Origin: Eledone cirrhosa
Taxonomy: Eukaryota
DNA: 64,000 nt
Assembly (NCBI GenBank): GCA_964016885.1
Contig: OZ024741.1
Location: forward strand, 113,460,001 to 113,524,000
Direction: 5' to 3'
The position numbers and the translations under genes are program-made. Positions 59,096 to 64,000 of the stretch are shown here, piece after piece; positions within the stretch are counted from its first letter, which is position 1; each line of letters opens with the position of its first letter. Below the pieces are notes generated by a model. The model made no database searches. It saw only the letters and a program-made list of their open reading frames with translations, and had not been told where the DNA came from.

Positions 59096-59867
59096 ATATA
59101 TATATATATATTCTGCACATACATACACATAACTCCATACACATATACACACATGCCACTCTCACCCACACACACCTGCCTGTCTACACAACTACTACCC
59201 TCCCACACAGACAGCAATACTACTAGCCTCTCACTCACCAGTCCTGTTCTGCCAGTTCCACCTCCTTCCCTCCCTCCCACACATTGCACTGCCATCATCA
59301 CCCTCGCCACCCTCTCCTTCCACTCCTTTGACTTGACCATCTTGACCACTTCCTGTTGCGTGCGCCCTATAATATTCCACTTCCTCCTCGTCATTTTTTT
59401 CGACTCTACCACAATGAATCTATCACTTGGATATTGACACAATTTTACCTCTGGATCTTTACCATCCACATACATACACACCGACATCCATTCAGAAACT
59501 TAGACATTTCACCCGAACCCACATCACCTACAAACACACACCACATCATCCTCTTTTAACCACACAAACACACACCAATGCATATCTTCACATACACCCA
59601 GACTCCATCCCACACTGCCTCTGGATTTGACATTATCTCCATCTGACCCTTTCCTTCCATACACAAACAACTCACCTTCCGCCATCCCAGCTCGGACTCC
59701 AATTTTCCTTCACGCCTCCCTTTTCAACTCCACCCACCCCTTACGCGCCACCATACCCATGCCTTCTCGGACCCATACACTCCTCTCATTTTTTAATATT
59801 CTGTTTTTTTTTCAATTCTGCGTTTTCTTTATATATTCCGTTTAATTCTTTTCTATTTATTTTGACT

Positions 59868-60217
59868 TCATCATCATCATCATCATCATTTCATTTTACG
59901 TCCGCTTTTTCCCTGCTTGCAAGGGTGGGACGGGAACTGATTCTGGCTTGATTTCTACAGCTGGATGCCCTTCCTAACACCAACCTCATTTACAGTGAGT
60001 GCTGGGTGCTTTTTTGCCATGGCACCTCCACGACCACTTTACAGTGGAATGATAGGGACCCCAGTCCCTATCATCTCATTTCTACAGCTGAGTAAACTGG
60101 AGCAATGTGAAATAAAGTGTCTTGCTCAAAGAAACAACACATCACCTGGTCTGAGATTTGAACTCACAACCTTTCGATTGCAAGGCCAATGCTCTAACCA
60201 CTAAGCCATGTGCCTCC
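59868..60217 (-). mobile_element. tRNA-derived CORE-type SINE with probable ACTTCAT TSD
   Basis: Reverse copy of 57274-57613; ACTTCAT at both junctions. Confidence 0.88.
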
Positions 60218-61199
60218 ACTTCATGTTTTATATTTATTTTTATTTCTATTTTCCCGTCCTTTCCTATTTTTCCCGATAACTTCCCCCTCACTCCGTCTCG
60301 GAGTTCCTGCCCCCACTCTCCCGGTGAAGGATTTATGTCCGAAACGTTGTAAACCCTCCCCTCTCTCTCCAAGCATGAAATTAGTAACACCATGTACCAT
60401 TTACTCCTGCGCTTGTTAGTTTATTTCAAACTATATATATACACACACACATACACATATATACACATATATTCATACATATTTATACATCCACAAATAC
60501 ATATACAAGAACATTTATAGCAGTGAGTGAGGGATATGTTTATTTTCTAAGTACAAAATAACAACTAAATATCAAGATTCAATTATTTGAATCAATTTAT
60601 TAATAGAGAGAAAATATATTTCAGTGTTGTTAACAACTAAAGCCAATGACTGTTGACAAATCTGCTATTATCTGGTTATCTAAGATCAATATATTGGAAA
60701 GACAGTGTCTAAATATGAGTATAGATTGTGTAAGATTGTGTTAATTAATTATTGGAAAAAATAATTCATCACCATCATCACCATGCAATAATATTGTTTT
60801 CTTTTATTATTTTAAAGGTGAAAACAGTAGATAACCGATTGTTTTGAAAATAACTTTATGAGAAAAAAATAACAATGCTCCTATCACCACATCATTTTTC
60901 TCACTCAAAAGAAATTGTTCAAAATATCCACAGATTGGTCACTATTTTGGAGAGGACATGACTAACATTCAGTACAATTAACTCTTTTGTTACCAAACTG
61001 CCTGAAACTGTCTCCCATACTTTGCAACACTGATATTTATTTTGCTGTGCAGAACTCAGTAGCATTCATATCCATTGCATTTTGGAGATTACCTTCTGAC
61101 AAATTAAGTAGTACCATGTCTACAAATTCCAGTCAAAAGATCTTATACTCACTGGTTTTGATACCACTTCCTACTTAGCTATACATGTTTATCCATCTT

Positions 61200-61830
61200 T
61201 ACACGGTAGAGAGAATATTTTGTTGATCTAAATATGGTCACAACAACATTTGATCTGCATGACGTGCATTTAGGGGTGAAGATTAACCTCTCAGATGCTG
61301 AAGTTACCAGAACAATTATAGCACTCAAATGTAGCAAGGCCTCTGAAGAGGATAATATTTGGCCCAATATTTAAATGGAGAAGGTATGCTTTTGTTGAGT
61401 AATGTGAGCCAGATGGTCTGGATCTCTAGAAAGGCATCAAAGCAATGGCAATCAGGAGTGATAATCCCAATTTTCAAAAAGGGAGATAAGAGATATTGCT
61501 CCAATTATAGAGGGATCTCTTTCTTAAGCCTCCTTGAGTCCATGAGTAGTGTCTGACAAATAGATATAAAGATATTGTTGAGTCCAAACTAGCTGATAAA
61601 TAGTGTGGATATATAGCGCAGCCAACCAAATATTCACTCTGTGGCAGGTCTTCAAGATATTGTGGGAGTTTTACCAAGATGTGTATGCTTGTTTCATGGA
61701 CCTCAAAAAGGCAGAAGAATGGGTTTGATGGACAGCTTCTTGTTACCTTGAGATTCTTATATGAATGCCTTAGTATTTGTGTTCAGATAAATGGTGCAAA
61801 GTCAAAACCATTCAATATTTTTCAAGCAGT
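61200..61830 (+). mobile_element. Decayed LINE RT fragment
   Basis: QWQSGVIIPIFKKGDKRYCSNYRGISFLS, LYE..SICVQINGAKSKPFNI. Confidence 0.75.
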
Positions 61831-64000
61831 GTACTATTGGAATGGACTTCTACTGGCTTCAACAGGGTATGTTCCATTTGTTCAACAAGCAAAATGGTCT
61901 GTTCAGGAAATTAATGCGCAAGTGTCTTAGTATTCCCCAAACATACATACCTTTGATGTAATTCTCAGGGAAATCCAGTATGACACAATGTGTGACAAGG
62001 TTTGCCCTTTGAATTAAAGGTAGTCAATTTGACAGGCTTCCAAACAGTTTCCTTCTACCCAATTTTACTCACAAAGTATGGGTTGACCCAAGCCTATGGT
62101 AAATGACACTTTCCCAAGCTGCCATGCAGTGGAATTGAATCAATGCTGTGTTTACAATTGTATTTTTATCACTATTTCCATAATCACAAATATAACTACA
62201 ATCAACATAACAAGTTGATGTTTGGTTGGATATGATTAAACTATCACAATGCCATACAATTTAATGTTTTTATAATGATGAATAGCCCCACCCCTCATTA
62301 ATTCAGATATTTGTATCACAAGAAATGTGTGGAAATCCCAGTGGAAAGAAGCTGTAGTAGAGGTAGACTAAAGAAGACCTGACGAAGGAACATAACGAGT
62401 GGAGAAATGTTGTGCAGAAAAGAACCCATCCAACCCATGTGAGCATGGAAAAACAGATGTAAAAATATTGATGATGACGATAATGATGATGAATTTATTG
62501 TATGCATATATCTTGCTAAATCATCAAATATACATTCTCTTAAATAATGTCAATCTCTCTTGAGAGATTGACACAGTTTTTAAGTCACTGTTCTTGCCAT
62601 TTTAGATTAATTGTATTGTTAATACTCCAGGGTGAAATTTAAATATCTCCACATTGTCATTTAAATCCAATAAGGCTAATCACATATACACACACTCACT
62701 CTGTACCATCACCACTGCCGCCGCCACCATCTACCCCACTACCACCATCACCACCACCATCCACCCACTGCCATTACCATCATGACTATCAACAACCACC
62801 ACCACATCACCACCACCTCCATCATCATCTGGTGAATTAGTAGACACATTAAAGCATCAGACAAGATGACTTGCGGTGCTTGTTTCAGCTCTTTACACTT
62901 TGAATCCAAATTCCGCTGAGTTCCACATTGTCTTTCATTCTTTTGGAGTCAATAAATTATAATGCCTGTTCAAGGCAATGTCTTGGCTGAGTTATTAATG
63001 CGTCAGTTGAGATACCTTGTATTAATTATTCCAACTCTTTGTGTCATGGTCTACTAGGGCAATAGATTTAATTAATTGCTTAGTCTCACACAATGACCAG
63101 CGCTGGATTAGCCAATATGTAAAATATGCACATGCTGGCATCAAAAGAAGAGAGGCACCATTGCATTCAAATTAATTGTATTTGTTATTCCAAACTTTTT
63201 TTACAGATTTTACATATGAGGGACACCGTAATCTTTTAAGTGATTAAGGTCTGAAAAGGACTTGTTCTAGCTTCGATCACCATCTGCCTCTTAGGATCCT
63301 TTAGAAGCATTCAGACAAGGTTTTCAGATTGAGCATACCGTCCTCCTTCCCACCTGCCAGTTTCAAATGCCCTGAATAGTGTCATGGACACTGATCTTCA
63401 ATCTATGATTAAACAGCTAAAACAAACGATGCTTTTACATTCATCTTTTCAAAGATCGTATGGGTTAGTTGAGCCTCACAGCATCTCCTAACATGTTGCA
63501 GATCATCATCTGGCACAAACAGCAACAGAGAAAAGCACTAATCTTTATTGTTACATATATCATGTTGTTTAGTATGAATATACATCTGGATGTTTTTCTC
63601 ATAACCTGCCACATTACATTATAGACTAAGTGCATTTTATTGAGCCACCAGCACAAACAACTTTGTATGTGGAAAGACTAAAGTGTTTCCTCTACATTGT
63701 ATCAGTTTTTATTCAGAGTAAATGTTCTCCTAGACAGAGTACCTTCACTCTGGCTGACACAGTCTGTCTCCTCTGTGCAGTTTTATTGAGAGTTGCTGTT
63801 CTCCAATACAGATTGCCATCATTGCAGAATTCAGAGCCTATGTTCTCCTAAACAGGTTGCCTTCACTGTGGCTTACGCAGTCTAAGTCTCTTTTATGCAG
63901 TTTTATTCAGAGTCACTGCTCTTCTAGGAAGTTTGCTTACACTTTGACTTGCAGAGTCTATGGTTCTTCTATTTTTTCCTTCCTTTGAAAAAAATGAAAC

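Noticed and set aside
63640-63960. Degenerate tandem repeats of ~80-120 bp (CAGTTTTATTCAGAG core)
   Set aside because: Only about three diverged copies at the window edge; no structure or motif to interpret.

Overview
AT-rich, repeat-saturated animal genomic DNA. The SINE families, (GAT)n-tailed RTE LINEs and huge (TA)n tracts suggest an octopus or other coleoid cephalopod (inference). The only host coding sequence I recognise is one 152-bp exon of an M1 (GAMEN/HEXXH) aminopeptidase at 51952-52103 (+), so most of the window is probably intron. The rest is RTE-type LINE fragments, CORE- and Nin-domain tRNA SINEs, TTAA-flanked MITEs, a pogo transposase relic, a non-autonomous Helitron, a Penelope-like element (PLE; RT + GIY-YIG) with inverted termini, a 2-kb minisatellite and a 200-N gap. 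The main discovery candidate is a set of hammerhead-ribozyme (HHR)-bearing fold-back elements whose ribozymes all read outward. Two of them (30814-31845 and 33890-34481) differ in body sequence but share a near-identically spaced octamer - TATA - GGCAG - hammerhead - oligo(T) layout in tandem or circularly permuted units. They look like retrozyme-type mobile RNAs carrying their own snRNA/H1-type promoter. All structures were read by eye; no folding or database search was run.
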